Shown one piece after another: positions 37,907-48,445 of a DNA stretch of 64,000 nucleotides (within the stretch, counting starts at the first letter, position 1; each line of letters begins with the position of its first letter). The notes under the pieces are model-generated. The model saw only the letters and a program-made list of their open reading frames with translations, was not told where the DNA came from and did no database searches. The stretch is taken from positions 864,001-928,000 of the forward strand of contig OY729428.2 of the NCBI GenBank assembly GCA_963422375.2. The letters are read 5' to 3'. Source of the stretch: Bryobacterales bacterium. Lineage in GTDB: Bacteria > Acidobacteriota > Terriglobia > Bryobacterales > UBA6623. Made by a program: the position numbers and the translations under genes.

Positions 37907-39633
37907 ATGAGCCGCCTGTTCGCGATAGTCATCCACGCGCATCCAGAGGCGGCCGGTACAAGTCGACTCCACTAGCTTCCGATCGCCGATGTCGCGGAGC
38001 TGCTCCTGCCCCATCTGGTGCCGGGCAACTCCGCGCACCTGGGAGGCCAGCGTGAGGATCTGCGCATCTTAGTGAATCACAAGGGCTGCGAAGCGACGGG
38101 CGACCGCGAGCGCCACGAGCTCGCCGAGGCGCTGCGGTGGTGGAACGGCTTGGAGCCCTCATGGACCCGCAGCCTAGTCCACTCCCTCGGCCGCTTCGGT
38201 CTTACCTAGTGCCTGTGACAAAACTCGTATCCCCTTGACAACAAAGGCGTTAGGTCCAATCTCTCAAGGCGAAGATTTCACTGGAATGCTACGACTGGTC
38301 CGAAATCCTGCCAATTCTGGGTAGAGCGCGGAAATCTTCGCGATTGGCGGCTGAGCAACTTCCGACCTTGGGCCCTATATGTTGTGCTTGGAGATCCATC
38401 CGACATCAGGATGTAGTATGAAATGCTGATCAGGCCAGAATTCAGGGGTTTTGTCACAAGCACTACCTAGGCGCGCGCGATGGAGCACTTGGCGGACCGG
38501 CTGCTGGTGTCGCGTCATGAGCTGCCCGACAGGAACGGGAACGCCGTCTTGTTCGAGCCGGGCGTCGGCGCTCCGGCCTATGCGCTGGCGGCAGTCCTAG
38601 ATCGGGAGGCGGGCGACACGATTCCGGATGGACCGGCCCGCGGGACCGGGCCTTTTCAGGCGCCGTGCTTGGCCCGCGCCTAGGCGGACCAGCCGGAATC
38701 GTGGCGCGCATTCCGGAGTGCTCCCATGGAGGTGCCCGCCGATCCGATCAATCTGGTCCTGCGCACGATCGCGGTCGGTGTGGCAACCGAAGCGGTCGCG
38801 AGCGGCCCGGCGTCCGCATCCGGATGATCCGATCCGCCCCGATGATCGTCGGACGGCCGGAGTGGACCTGACCAGCTTGGCTTCCCGCGCCGACCCGCTG
38901 GAGGCGGCCGCCGTGCTCGACGTCATTATCAGCGACCCTGTCTTTCGCTGGCACCCGATTCATCTGATCAGCAGCTCGCTGACCTAGGTCGAGACGCGCC
39001 TTTTCGCGACAGGTGCCGACGGCCGCATCGGCGGGTGTCTTCTCGTGGTCGTGCTGGCAGTGGTCTTGTGCGGGGGCACCTCGGCGCTCGGGGCAGGGGC
39101 GGCGCGACCGCGCCCCGCGCTAGCCGACGCTAGCCGACGCCGCGCATCTGCTTCTGCGCTTCAGCCTCGTCGCGCTCGGGGGACTCACGGGCCTCGTACG
39201 GTTCAAGACGGTCAGCACGACGGACTCGATGTTCGGGTACATCAACGAGCGGTGTCGGCATTCCGCCAGGTGCGGCGCACGGCTCGCTGACCGCTTGAAT
39301 CTGCCGCGTGCGCGGATGACGTGGCTGCTCTTCGTGCCCGCTACCGCACTGGTTCCGAGCGCCTCCTGCGGCAGTGCGCTGCGCTGGAGCTGGCGGCAGC
39401 ACGCTGTCGTGCCCCGGCCGAACGCCGACTGGAGCGAAGCCACTCTGGCGGGTGGGATCGGGCGCGGCCTGGCGGGGCCCATGTGGCTGGGCGGCCGTCT
39501 TGTGACCGGCGTCTGGATCGGGGATCCAGACGCCGCAGCGGCCGGTTCGGCCGAGGACTATCTCCGGGCTCGCGGGACGGCACTGCTGGCCGCGGTCCTA
39601 GCGGTGGGGAGCGCCTCGGTTCTGCTGGTCTAG
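37907..39633 (+). pseudogene. Broken large protein with a multi-pass membrane C-terminal half
   Basis: One frame runs 37907-38827 through TAGs at 37973, 38207 and 38681 once the MITE plus target duplication (261 bp) is removed. A second frame from about 38830 crosses TAG 38985 and, after removing the 10-bp duplication at 39118, joins ORF 39229-39633 with several hydrophobic segments. Confidence 0.6.
38209..38463. mobile_element. 255-bp non-autonomous miniature element (MITE)
   Basis: TIRs GTGCCTGTGACAAAAC (38209) and the reverse complement GTGCTTGTGACAAAAC (ending 38463), 15/16 match. Flanking direct repeat TACCTA at 38203-08 and 38464-69. No transposase ORF. Confidence 0.88.
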
Positions 39634-40674
39634 GCAGGGTAGGGGACTAAGCACTCAATTACCCAAGAACCAATTGACAGTCACTCTGCTAGCGTTGGCG
39701 TCTCTGTGTCCTCGGGAATTCCCCGTTCTGCATGGGATGCCCTGCCTTGATCACCTGAGCGCTGTTCTCGGGCGAGTCCGGGATGGTAGACGTCCCGGAA
39801 TTCATCATTCGCGCACGCTTGCGCCTGTCTGCATGGGCCGCTACCGTCTGCTCACACGGATTGAGCAGGGTGTGGTTCCTGCCGTGCAAGCTCATCTCGT
39901 AGTACCCCGTGCGCCGGAAGACAAGTCGTTGCTCTTGATCAGGTTCTTGCACCTCTGTACCGGAGTTTCATACCGTGCAGTGTGGCGACCCTCGTGCTCA
40001 CCTGCTTGCTCGTTGACGTTGGTTCGGTCAGCAGCGCACTGCAAGCCTTAGCCGGTGCCGTCGCTGTCATGATCAACTCAGTCGCCCAAGAGACCCTCCG
40101 TACGGATGCAGCGCGCCAATGATTCGACGCGTACGGAGGTAGGACTCAGACTTCCCGAGGTCGAGGGGTGGAGCGAGGCGGGGGCCTGTCGAATGTCCTT
40201 ACACGAAGCGCACGGTCTTCTCCGAGGGCGCACACCGTCTCGTCTACATCTTGTGGTTTTCTGTTACGCAGGCCTGCATGGTGAATAGGACTCCGAGATC
40301 ACCATTGACGCACCGAGCAACTTCACAAGCAGCTTCCGGGATCGGCGGAATGCCGCCCGTCTCATCTGTCCTGTCGCCGTTCCGGGACGGTTCCACTCGG
40401 CTGGAGCCCTCGTCCTAGCCGTCGAATGGTCACGGCCGCGGGCCGAGAGTCCACTCCGGGGCGCTCGGACAGGATGTCACGCGCCTCAACGGTGCCGATG
40501 CCGGTCCATCCTGCTCCCAGCCGGGCCCGCTCGCCGCTGCTGCGCTTCCCCCGGTCTGTCGGAGCGGTCTCAACTTGCGACATCGCTAGGGAGACGACCA
40601 CGGAATGTCTGAGGACTGGAAGGCTCTCCACGGCGAGACAACCACAGCAAGGTCGGCGCTGGGTTGCCATGCAG

Positions 40675-43521
40675 TCAGCCGACATGGCCCCGAGGCGGCT
40701 TCCTTGCCCGCGGCCGACTCCCGGCCTTGTCCGCAGATCCCCTAGCAATCGGAGCCTGCATGCGCTCATAGAGGGCGAACAGGTGTTCGACGCGTTCGCG
40801 CTCCGAAGCGAATCGAGTCTTGCGGTATAGGCGGTCCACTGCGCGATCAAGGGCTTGGTGAGCGCGTCGCAGGTTCGGCGGCATCAGGTCGGGGTCGTAG
40901 AGTTCCGCCAGCGTCGCGGTGGGGTGGGCGGCCCGGGCGTCGAGGAGGGCCCGTGCGAGCGGTTCCAGAGGTGAGGGGCCAGCCTGCCCGCTCGCGAGGG
41001 CGGGCGGCGTTGGGAAAGTGTTGTAGACGACGCCGACGGAATACATGTAATCGCTTTTCATCCGGCCGGTTACCGCCCGCATCCATGCCATGTGCATGGC
41101 CGACGTGAGCAACGCGAACTCCGCGAGGGTCGCGTCGGGCAGCAGCCGAAGCTTGTCGCTTGGGATGACCAGAGGGGCCAGCCAGCCGATCGGGACGTAT
41201 TCGCGCCGTTCGGAGCTAACTTGCGGCACCACTAGGAAGGGGGCGGTCGGCAAGACATTCACGTGAAAGAGCGTCGGCGATGCGGCCAGTCTTCGGGTCG
41301 GCTGGCTCTTGCTGGCCTGCCGGTAGGCGCGAACGGCGGCGACACGCTCGCGGATCCGCGGCAGACGGGCCAGCTCCGCTGGCGAGGCTTCGTGCAAGGC
41401 GAGAATCCAGCGGGCACCGCCTCGCAAGTATTCGCGCGCGCCCACGAAGGGACGCAGGAACCGAGCGGCATCCGGCTCGGATTCCAGCAAGGCCCGCCTC
41501 TTTGCGGCGTTGAATATGTACCAGCCGTTGTCGATCGGCTTCGAGCCCGTGATCAGTCTTCGCATCCCATTGACGGGCCGCCTCTCCTCGCGCACGACCA
41601 CGTGCGGGTCGGCCAGCGCTCCGCCGTCGAGCAGGTACGGCGTGATCGCGGCGGAGCGGCTCTCCATCGGCTCTCCCTTCACGTCCGGGTACCAGAACAG
41701 GCGCCTGTCCCGCGGAACGTGCTCGGCTGCGTCCAGCCCGATGACGATGACATGCACGTGGGCCTTGCCGCGGGCGTCGGACCCCCAAGCGAAGGTCCGG
41801 TGCGCGAAGGCGACCTCGAGACGGTGACGGTCGTACAGCAGCGGCCACAGCTGCGCCGCCTGCTCGCCCTGGGTGATGGAGTTGGTCGCGACGAAGGCGA
41901 TGCGAGGCGGCCGCCCGGCGCTCTCCGCCCGAGGGTGCCGCACGTACTCCCCGGCCCGCACAAACCACGCGGCGACGTAGTCGAGCGTGCCGCCGCTGCC
42001 GCCGAGCGCAGCCACGCGGCGCACCTGCGCCCGCTGCGCCGGCGACTGGAACTTGGCGCCGCCGAACGGCGGGTTGCCGAACACGTACGCGCAGTCTCCC
42101 GGCGGCAGCACTTCGGCCCAGTCGATCTCCAAGGCATCGGCGCAGCGGATGCGCGGCGATTTCTCGAGCGGGATCCGGGCGTAGGTCTGCCCGAACTCCA
42201 GGCTCAGGCGGTTGTTCATGATGTGGTCCATCATCCAGAGGGCAGTTGAGGCAATGCGCGCCGGGAACGCGCCGAGCTCGATGCCGTGGAACTGGTCGAC
42301 GTCCACCGCGGACCGCACGTCGAGTTCCAGCTGCGCCGGTCCGGTGCGCGCCGCGACCTCCCGCAGGACGTCGATCTCCAGCGCCCGCAGCTCACGGTAG
42401 GCGATGATCAGGAAGTTGCCGCAGCCGCAGGCGGGGTCGAGGAAGCGGAGCGTGCCGAGCCGCTCGCGGAACTTCCGCAAGTCGGCCGCGGCCCGGCTGT
42501 CCCGGCGCGCCCGCAGCCGCCGGAACTCGTCTCCGAGGTCGTCGAGGAAGAGCGGCCCGAGCACCTTCAGGATGTTCTTCTCGGTGGTGTAGTGGGCGCC
42601 CTTGGCGCGGCGGTCGGCCGGATCCATGACCGATTGGAACAGCGCGCCGAACACGGCCGGGGAGATCGCGGTCCAGTCGAAGCGTCCCGCTTCCACCAGC
42701 GCCCGGCGCATCGCGGCGTCGAAGTCCGGGATGCGCGCGGGCTCGGCGAATAGCTCCCCGTTGACGTGGGGGAAGCGCGCCAGGTCCTCGTCCAATGCCC
42801 GCTGGCGCTGCTCCGGAGGGGTGTTCAGCGCTTGGAACAGGCGCGCCAGCCAGGGTCCGACGTCGGCCCCGTCGGCGGACGTGCGCTCCTCAACGAACTG
42901 CAGGAAGATGTCGCGGGGCTCGAAGATGCCCGTGTCGTCGGCGAACAGGCAGAACACGGTGCGGACCAGGAACAGCTGCAGGTCGCGGCCGGCGTAGCCC
43001 GACGCCTTTAGCGCGTCGTGCAGGCGGGCGACGAGCTCGGAGGCCTCGACGTTGACCGGGTCCTGGTCGCGGAAGGCGCGCCGCTGCACGCCGATGACGA
43101 AGCCGAACCTCTCGACGTGCCGGGGCAGGTCGGCGAGCGCGAAGCGGGCCTCCTCGCGCTCGTCCCGGTCAAGCAGCGCGAACGTCCGGAAGTCGCAGAG
43201 GAGCTGGTAGCGGGGCCGGTCCCGCTCGGGCAGGGCGTCGAAGTAGGCGCCGGCCTGCTCGCGCGCCGCACCGAGGTCGCGCCCCGCGCTCTTCTGCTCC
43301 ACCAGAAGCACCCCTGGCCAGAAGAGATCGATGAAGCCGGAAGTGTTGTCGAGTCGCTTGACGTGCTCCTCGTACCGAGCCACGGTGCGCCGCCGGACGC
43401 CGAAGATCTCGAAGAAATCGTTGTAGAAGCTCTGGGTCTCGCCCTTCTCGTACGTGGCGTCGGCCCACTCGCGGGCGAAGCTGGCGGCGCGCGCCCGGAT
43501 CTCGTTCCACGAGAGTCTCAT
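40675..43521 (-). CDS. MmeI-like (Type IIL/YeeA-family) fused restriction endonuclease-N6-adenine methyltransferase
   Basis: N-terminal EKGETQSFYNDFF...IDLFWPGVLLVEQKS nuclease motif, GAHYT, motif I LDPACGCGNFL, motif IV GNPPF, C-terminal VSSERREYVPIG...GRMKSDYMYS...YNTFP. Confidence 0.93.
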   Translation of the reverse strand: MRLSWNEIRARAASFAREWADATYEKGETQSFYNDFFEIFGVRRRTVARYEEHVKRLDNTSGFIDLFWPGVLLVEQKSAGRDLGAAREQAGAYFDALPERDRPRYQLLCDFRTFALLDRDEREEARFALADLPRHVERFGFVIGVQRRAFRDQDPVNVEASELVARLHDALKASGYAGRDLQLFLVRTVFCLFADDTGIFEPRDIFLQFVEERTSADGADVGPWLARLFQALNTPPEQRQRALDEDLARFPHVNGELFAEPARIPDFDAAMRRALVEAGRFDWTAISPAVFGALFQSVMDPADRRAKGAHYTTEKNILKVLGPLFLDDLGDEFRRLRARRDSRAAADLRKFRERLGTLRFLDPACGCGNFLIIAYRELRALEIDVLREVAARTGPAQLELDVRSAVDVDQFHGIELGAFPARIASTALWMMDHIMNNRLSLEFGQTYARIPLEKSPRIRCADALEIDWAEVLPPGDCAYVFGNPPFGGAKFQSPAQRAQVRRVAALGGSGGTLDYVAAWFVRAGEYVRHPRAESAGRPPRIAFVATNSITQGEQAAQLWPLLYDRHRLEVAFAHRTFAWGSDARGKAHVHVIVIGLDAAEHVPRDRRLFWYPDVKGEPMESRSAAITPYLLDGGALADPHVVVREERRPVNGMRRLITGSKPIDNGWYIFNAAKRRALLESEPDAARFLRPFVGAREYLRGGARWILALHEASPAELARLPRIRERVAAVRAYRQASKSQPTRRLAASPTLFHVNVLPTAPFLVVPQVSSERREYVPIGWLAPLVIPSDKLRLLPDATLAEFALLTSAMHMAWMRAVTGRMKSDYMYSVGVVYNTFPTPPALASGQAGPSPLEPLARALLDARAAHPTATLAELYDPDLMPPNLRRAHQALDRAVDRLYRKTRFASERERVEHLFALYERMQAPIARGSADKAGSRPRARKPPRGHVG

Positions 43522-44330
43522 TGCCGCAGACCCCATCATGCTACGGCTGTCGACCCGGGCTACCGAATCGGCTCCGGCCGGTTGCATGACGGCGCTCGCG
43601 CGAGGAGCGACCTCTTGGACTGCGTAACATTAGGGCAGGTCCGAGACGTCGCGGTAAGACACGAGCCGGTAGAGCCGTTGGCGCAGGCCATCCGAGGGCT
43701 CAGGCATATCTCCGTCCCCCTTCTCTGCACTAGCCATTACCCGCGGCTATCCACTTGCCTCCGTTCGTGTTATTGACCTCTGGAACTGAAGGAATAACGG
43801 TAGGATAAAAGAAGATTCTCATTGGAATGAAAATGAACTATTTCACAATAGACTCTTCCTATAATGAGAGATATTTGGCTAGAATAGAATCTGTATTTCT
43901 ACTCAGTCTCTGGTGTATTCTGGACACTAAGTTCACGGATTTACCAGTTCTAAACCCCAATGATTCATCCGAACTTGCTTGACATGAATAGACGTGTGCT
44001 CGTAAGATGGAGCTTGAACTTCAATCTGTCCGGCCGCCTTTAGGTGGCGTGCCACGGGATGCGGGTCGTCGTCTCAGAATGGTACTAAGTCGCAGTTCCG
44101 GAGAATTGCTTTCAGAAGAATCCAATTCCGACGATTTTCATGACTCTCTACAAGGAACAACACAAGGGAATCAGTTTTTGAAGTATATTCTTGAATCGAA
44201 ACTTCTCAATCGATCACCCCATCCTATGGGGCTAGTGTCAAGGCCAATCTCACTACATATTCGACAAGATAATCGAAGTATTATGACTTCGTATTGTTCA
44301 ACTTAGTGTCGCATCTTACTGAATTTCCTA

Positions 44331-45378
44331 CCTGATTACCAACGAACGTCAGCCGAGGATATGCTATACTGAAGGAGGTCGGAAGTCTCTGATAGGAAAG
44401 GGGACAGCAGATGAAACGCAATCGCGTGCAATTCCAGAAGGGACTCAGTCTGGGCAAGTTCCTGCAGCGCTACGGCAGCGAGGGGCCATGCGAGCAGGCC
44501 GTCTTCAACGCCCGCTGGCCGGACGGCTTCCGCTGCCCGGAGTGCGGCTCCCGAGGGCACTGCCGCATCCGCTCCCGCAAGCTCTGGCAGTGCAACGCCT
44601 GCCACCGCCGGACCTCCCTCGTCGCCGGCACGATCTTCGCCGCCACCAAGCTGCCGCTGACCGTCTGGTTCCTGGCGATGCACCTGCTGACGCAGGGCAA
44701 GCACGGCGTTTCCTCGCTGGAACTGGCGCGGCAGCTGGGGGTCAGCCGGAACACGGCCTGGAAGATGAAGCACAAGCTCCTGCAAGTGATGAAGGAGCGC
44801 GACGAGCGCCTGCCGCTGGGCGGCATCGTGCAGGTGGACGACGCCTACTGGGGCGGGGAGCGGAGCGGCGGCAAGCGCGGGCGCGGCGCGGCGGGCAAGA
44901 CGCCGTTCGTCGCCGCCGTGCAGGTCACCGCCGCCGGCCAGCCGGCAAGGATGCGCCTGAGCAGCGTGGCGGGCTTCCGCAACAAGACGCTGGCAGCGTG
45001 GGCCGGGCGGCACTTGCAGCCCGGCACGGAGGTGCATTCCGACGGCCCGGCCTGCTTCCGGGGCGTGGCCGACGCCGGCTGCGAGCACGTGCCGACCGTC
45101 ACCGGAGGCGGGAAGCGGAGCTGCGGGGATTCCCGCTTCGTCCGGGTCAACGTCCGGGTCAACACGATGCTGGCGCACGTCAAGCAGTCCCTGGCGGGAA
45201 CCTGCCATGCGCTCGACGGCAAGCACCTGCCGCGGTACCTCGCCGAGTTCCGCTACCGCTTCAACCGTCGCTACGATCTGGCGGTGCTGCTGGTCCCCCG
45301 CCTGCTCCACGCCTCCGTGCGCACCCCGCCCATGCCTTACCGCCTCCTAACCTTGGCTGAGTCTTGTGGGTAATCAGG
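44331..45378 (+). mobile_element. IS1595-family element with open transposase ORF 44411-45373
   Basis: RWPDGFRCPECG zinc ribbon, GTIFAATKLPL, VQVDDAY, HSDG, YLAEFRYRFNRR. 28-bp imperfect TIRs starting CCTGATTACC. 8-bp target duplication ATTTCCTA at 44323-30 and 45379-86. Confidence 0.95.
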
Positions 45379-46177
45379 ATTTCCTATGAATGCATTCTCA
45401 GCTTGGCGGTGGCAAGCAATGGTCCTTGCTAGCATGTTCACGGTGTCGCGGAGAATGCGACTCCCAGTCGTGATCGCTATCAGCTCCCGAACCATCTCGC
45501 AATAATTATGCTGAGCCTTGTCCGCCAAGAAGATTCTTGAGGAATCCGACGAAAGGTCCACCAACGTCGCTCTCTTGGGCATCAGGTCCCGTGCGTGACA
45601 CGCCACGGCGAAATGCGATGCAGACAAGGGGACCCGACTCCCGTGTGATGCTGAAGCGCCATTCTCCGCCGATTCTGTGTTCTCGTAACGGCTCGGTCAG
45701 CAGCGAATTGGCACGGGAAGACAGGATCTCGGGGATCTGCCTGTCACGCTCGTCGACGCGCACGACACTTCGAATGCGCCCCGACAACTCGGTCCCTGCT
45801 GAGTCGACCGCGGAGCACCTCGCGACCAAGCCGTCTTCCGCATGCACCCCCTCGCCTGCTATCCCGAAGTCGCTGGGAAATCGTACATCTCAGGAGTCTC
45901 GCTAGGCGGTGCCGGATTTCTGGCTCTTGCTACGTCGATGCTCGGGCCGCGCACCGGCCTGCGACGTCCGCTCGCGCTGGCTGGCGTCACACTGCGTGTC
46001 CGTGCCAATACGTCTGCCTTCTCTCCTCGCGGCCGAGCCGACGACCGATTCGCCGAGCGCGCGCGAACGTGCTCTGAGAGGGGCGGTGACCCCGCCCTGC
46101 TGTTCTCATCGTCATGCACGTCCCGCCAGCAAGCAACTCGCTGCCAAGGCCGGTATGGGGAGAGTTGCCGGTCATCC

Positions 46178-46225
46178 GCCGTTGCCCGCCACCGCCCCAA
46201 TGCCGTTGCCCGCCACCGCCCCAAT
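46178..46225. repeat. Perfect 24-bp tandem duplication
   Basis: GCCGTTGCCCGCCACCGCCCCAAT twice, head to tail. Confidence 0.9.
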
Positions 46226-46463
46226 CACGAGGGCAGGCATCTCGGGCCGAGACCGATGTCGCGAGAGGCTACGAACCGGGCCTGCCAAGCCTGTCAGCAC
46301 GCACCCTGCTCGGACCAGAGCAGCCCCGCGCTGATGAGAAGCGTGCCGGGCCGCGCCCCTGCGGACTGCCGTCCGCGGGTGCGTCCCCACTTGTAGGTTT
46401 CCGGCAGGAGGTTTACGATGGAGTTTAGAGCGGTGGCATACGTCCCCGCTAGAAGGCAGAGAA

Positions 46464-47348
46464 ATGTTCGACACGGTGGAGTTTCGCCTCAAGGTCGGGT
46501 TGGCGGAACAGCTCAAGGGCGGCGTCATCATGGACGTCACCAACGCGGAGCAGGCCCGCATCGCCGAAGACGCCGGCGCCGCGGCGGTCATGGCGCTCGA
46601 ACGAGTCCCGGCTGACATTCGCCGAGACGGCGGCGTGGCCCGCATGGCCAGCATCAGCAAGATCCGCGAAATCATGGCTACGGTCACCATCCCCGTGATG
46701 GCCAAGGCGCGCATCGGGCATTTCGCCGAGGCCAAGGTGCTCGAGGCCCTCAAGGTCGATTACATCGACGAGAGCGAAGTGCTCACTCCCGCCGACGAGG
46801 AGTTCCACATCGAGAAGCACGCGTTCCGCACTCCTTTCGTGTGCGGCGCCCGCGACCTCGGCGAGGCGCTGCGGCGCATCCACGAGGGCGCGGCGATGAT
46901 CCGCACCAAGGGCGAGGCCGGATCGGGCAACATTGTCGAGGCCGTGCGGCACATGCGCTCGATCCGCCAGGAATTGCTGCGATTGACGACCCTCCAACCC
47001 GAATCGCTGCTGGAATACTCGACCGAAGTGGGGGTGCCCCCGAGCCTCGTCGAGTCGGTGGCCGCGCAAGAGCGCTTGCCCGTGCCAAACTTCTGCGCGG
47101 GCGGCATCGCGACTCCGGCAGACGCGGCCTTGGTCATGAGCCTCGGCGCGGAAGCGGTGTTCGTGGGTTCCGGTATTTTCAAGTCCGAAGATCCCGAGCG
47201 CAGGGCGGCGGCGGTCGTGAAGGCTACGACTTTCTTCAGCGACCCCGAGAAGGTGCTGGAAGCCTCCGAGGAACTCCAGGACGCAATGCCCGGACTGGAC
47301 GTGGCGAAATTGGAGCCCACAGAGATGCTTCAGACCCGGGGGAGGTAG
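46464..47348 (+). CDS. pdxS: Pyridoxal 5'-phosphate synthase lyase subunit
   Basis: [47 protein letters not shown]. Confidence 0.98.
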   Translation: MFDTVEFRLKVGLAEQLKGGVIMDVTNAEQARIAEDAGAAAVMALERVPADIRRDGGVARMASISKIREIMATVTIPVMAKARIGHFAEAKVLEALKVDYIDESEVLTPADEEFHIEKHAFRTPFVCGARDLGEALRRIHEGAAMIRTKGEAGSGNIVEAVRHMRSIRQELLRLTTLQPESLLEYSTEVGVPPSLVESVAAQERLPVPNFCAGGIATPADAALVMSLGAEAVFVGSGIFKSEDPERRAAAVVKATTFFSDPEKVLEASEELQDAMPGLDVAKLEPTEMLQTRGR

Positions 47349-47401
47349 GGCCTTCAAGGGCCCCCAGTCCCCCGATTCGCCCCGTAGCTCGGGACCGCGT
47401 G

Positions 47402-48007
47402 ATGAATATCGGCGTTCTCGCGCTGCAGGGCGACTTTGAAGCGCACTCGCGTCGCCTTTCGCAACTCGGCGCGCGCGCCGTCGAGGTGCGCTACGCCCGG
47501 CAGCTTGACGAGCTAGACGGCCTCGTGCTGCCCGGCGGCGAGAGCACCACGAACCTGTTGCTTCTGGAACAGGAGGGACTGTGGGACCCTCTGCTGCAAT
47601 TCGCCAGGGTCCAGCCCGTGCTGGGCACCTGCGCGGGAGCCATCCTGCTGGCTTCAGATGTGGCTAACCCACGCCAGTCATCGCTCGGAGCGATCAATAT
47701 GCGCATCGAGCGCAACGCCTACGGCCGACAGCTGGACAGCTCGATTCGTGCGGTTCGGCCCGAGCCGGCATTCCTGGCGCGGACTCGGAACGGACCGCTG
47801 GAGGCCGTATTCATTCGCGCGCCCATCATCCGGTCCGTGGGGCCAGGAGTGGAGGTGCTCTTGCGGGATGGCGCGGACCCAATCCTGGTCGAGCAGGGCC
47901 TCCACCTAGCGGCGACCTTTCACGCCGAACTCACCGCCGACACCAGGCTCCACGAGCTCTTCCTCGCGAAAGTGGGTCGCGAGCGACCTGCCGAGAACGA
48001 GTGCTGA
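47402..48007 (+). CDS. pdxT: Pyridoxal 5'-phosphate synthase glutaminase subunit
   Basis: MNIGVLALQGDF, LPGGEST, GTCAGAILL, RNAYGRQLDS, FIRAP, FHAELT. Confidence 0.96.
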   Translation: MNIGVLALQGDFEAHSRRLSQLGARAVEVRYARQLDELDGLVLPGGESTTNLLLLEQEGLWDPLLQFARVQPVLGTCAGAILLASDVANPRQSSLGAINMRIERNAYGRQLDSSIRAVRPEPAFLARTRNGPLEAVFIRAPIIRSVGPGVEVLLRDGADPILVEQGLHLAATFHAELTADTRLHELFLAKVGRERPAENEC

Positions 48008-48445
48008 GCGCAGCGCGCGGCGAGCAGGCGCCACGGAGTCGCCCACGACGGGGCCCGGGATCGCGAGACATCTCGGGGCGCGGCCGCCTTGTCACGCCAG
48101 CCGCGGCGTGTTCCGCTTCCCGGCAGTCTGCGAGAAGCCCGCTTCTTTCGTGGCGAGCGCCTGAGGATGGCACCGGGCCCTAGCCGACATAGCCGACTTC
48201 TCGTACCGGATCTGGCCGGAGGCACCCGGGGCACACCGCCGGAGGCCCTCAGCCAGCCTTGCATGCTCGCTCGCTCCGACGCTAGTCCGCGCGACGCCGA
48301 CTTCAGCGGGAACCAGGCGATCAGGCCTCCACTCGGAATCCTCGAACCTGTCGCGAAGGTCGCGTCCGGCGCGGCTGCTCGGCTCGCAACCCGCGCTCTT
48401 TTGGCATCTCGCCGGACGTGTCCGCGACATTCCGAGAGACCGTCG

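Noticed and set aside
39635..40060. IS-end-like CAGGGTAGGGGACTAAG and a minus-strand HRDANAS resembling a TnpB tail
   Set aside because: No partner inverted repeat, zinc finger or continuous frame found; too weak to call.
40095..40139. 10-bp perfect inverted repeat CCTCCGTACG with a 25-nt spacer
   Set aside because: Isolated, no U-tract or second copy; may be chance.
43775..44330. Faint ISAs1-like words (NHWGLE) on the minus strand
   Set aside because: Multiple stops and only a few matching residues; the family cannot be supported.
46178..46225. Possible CRISPR repeat
   Set aside because: Two adjacent copies with no spacer and no cas genes.
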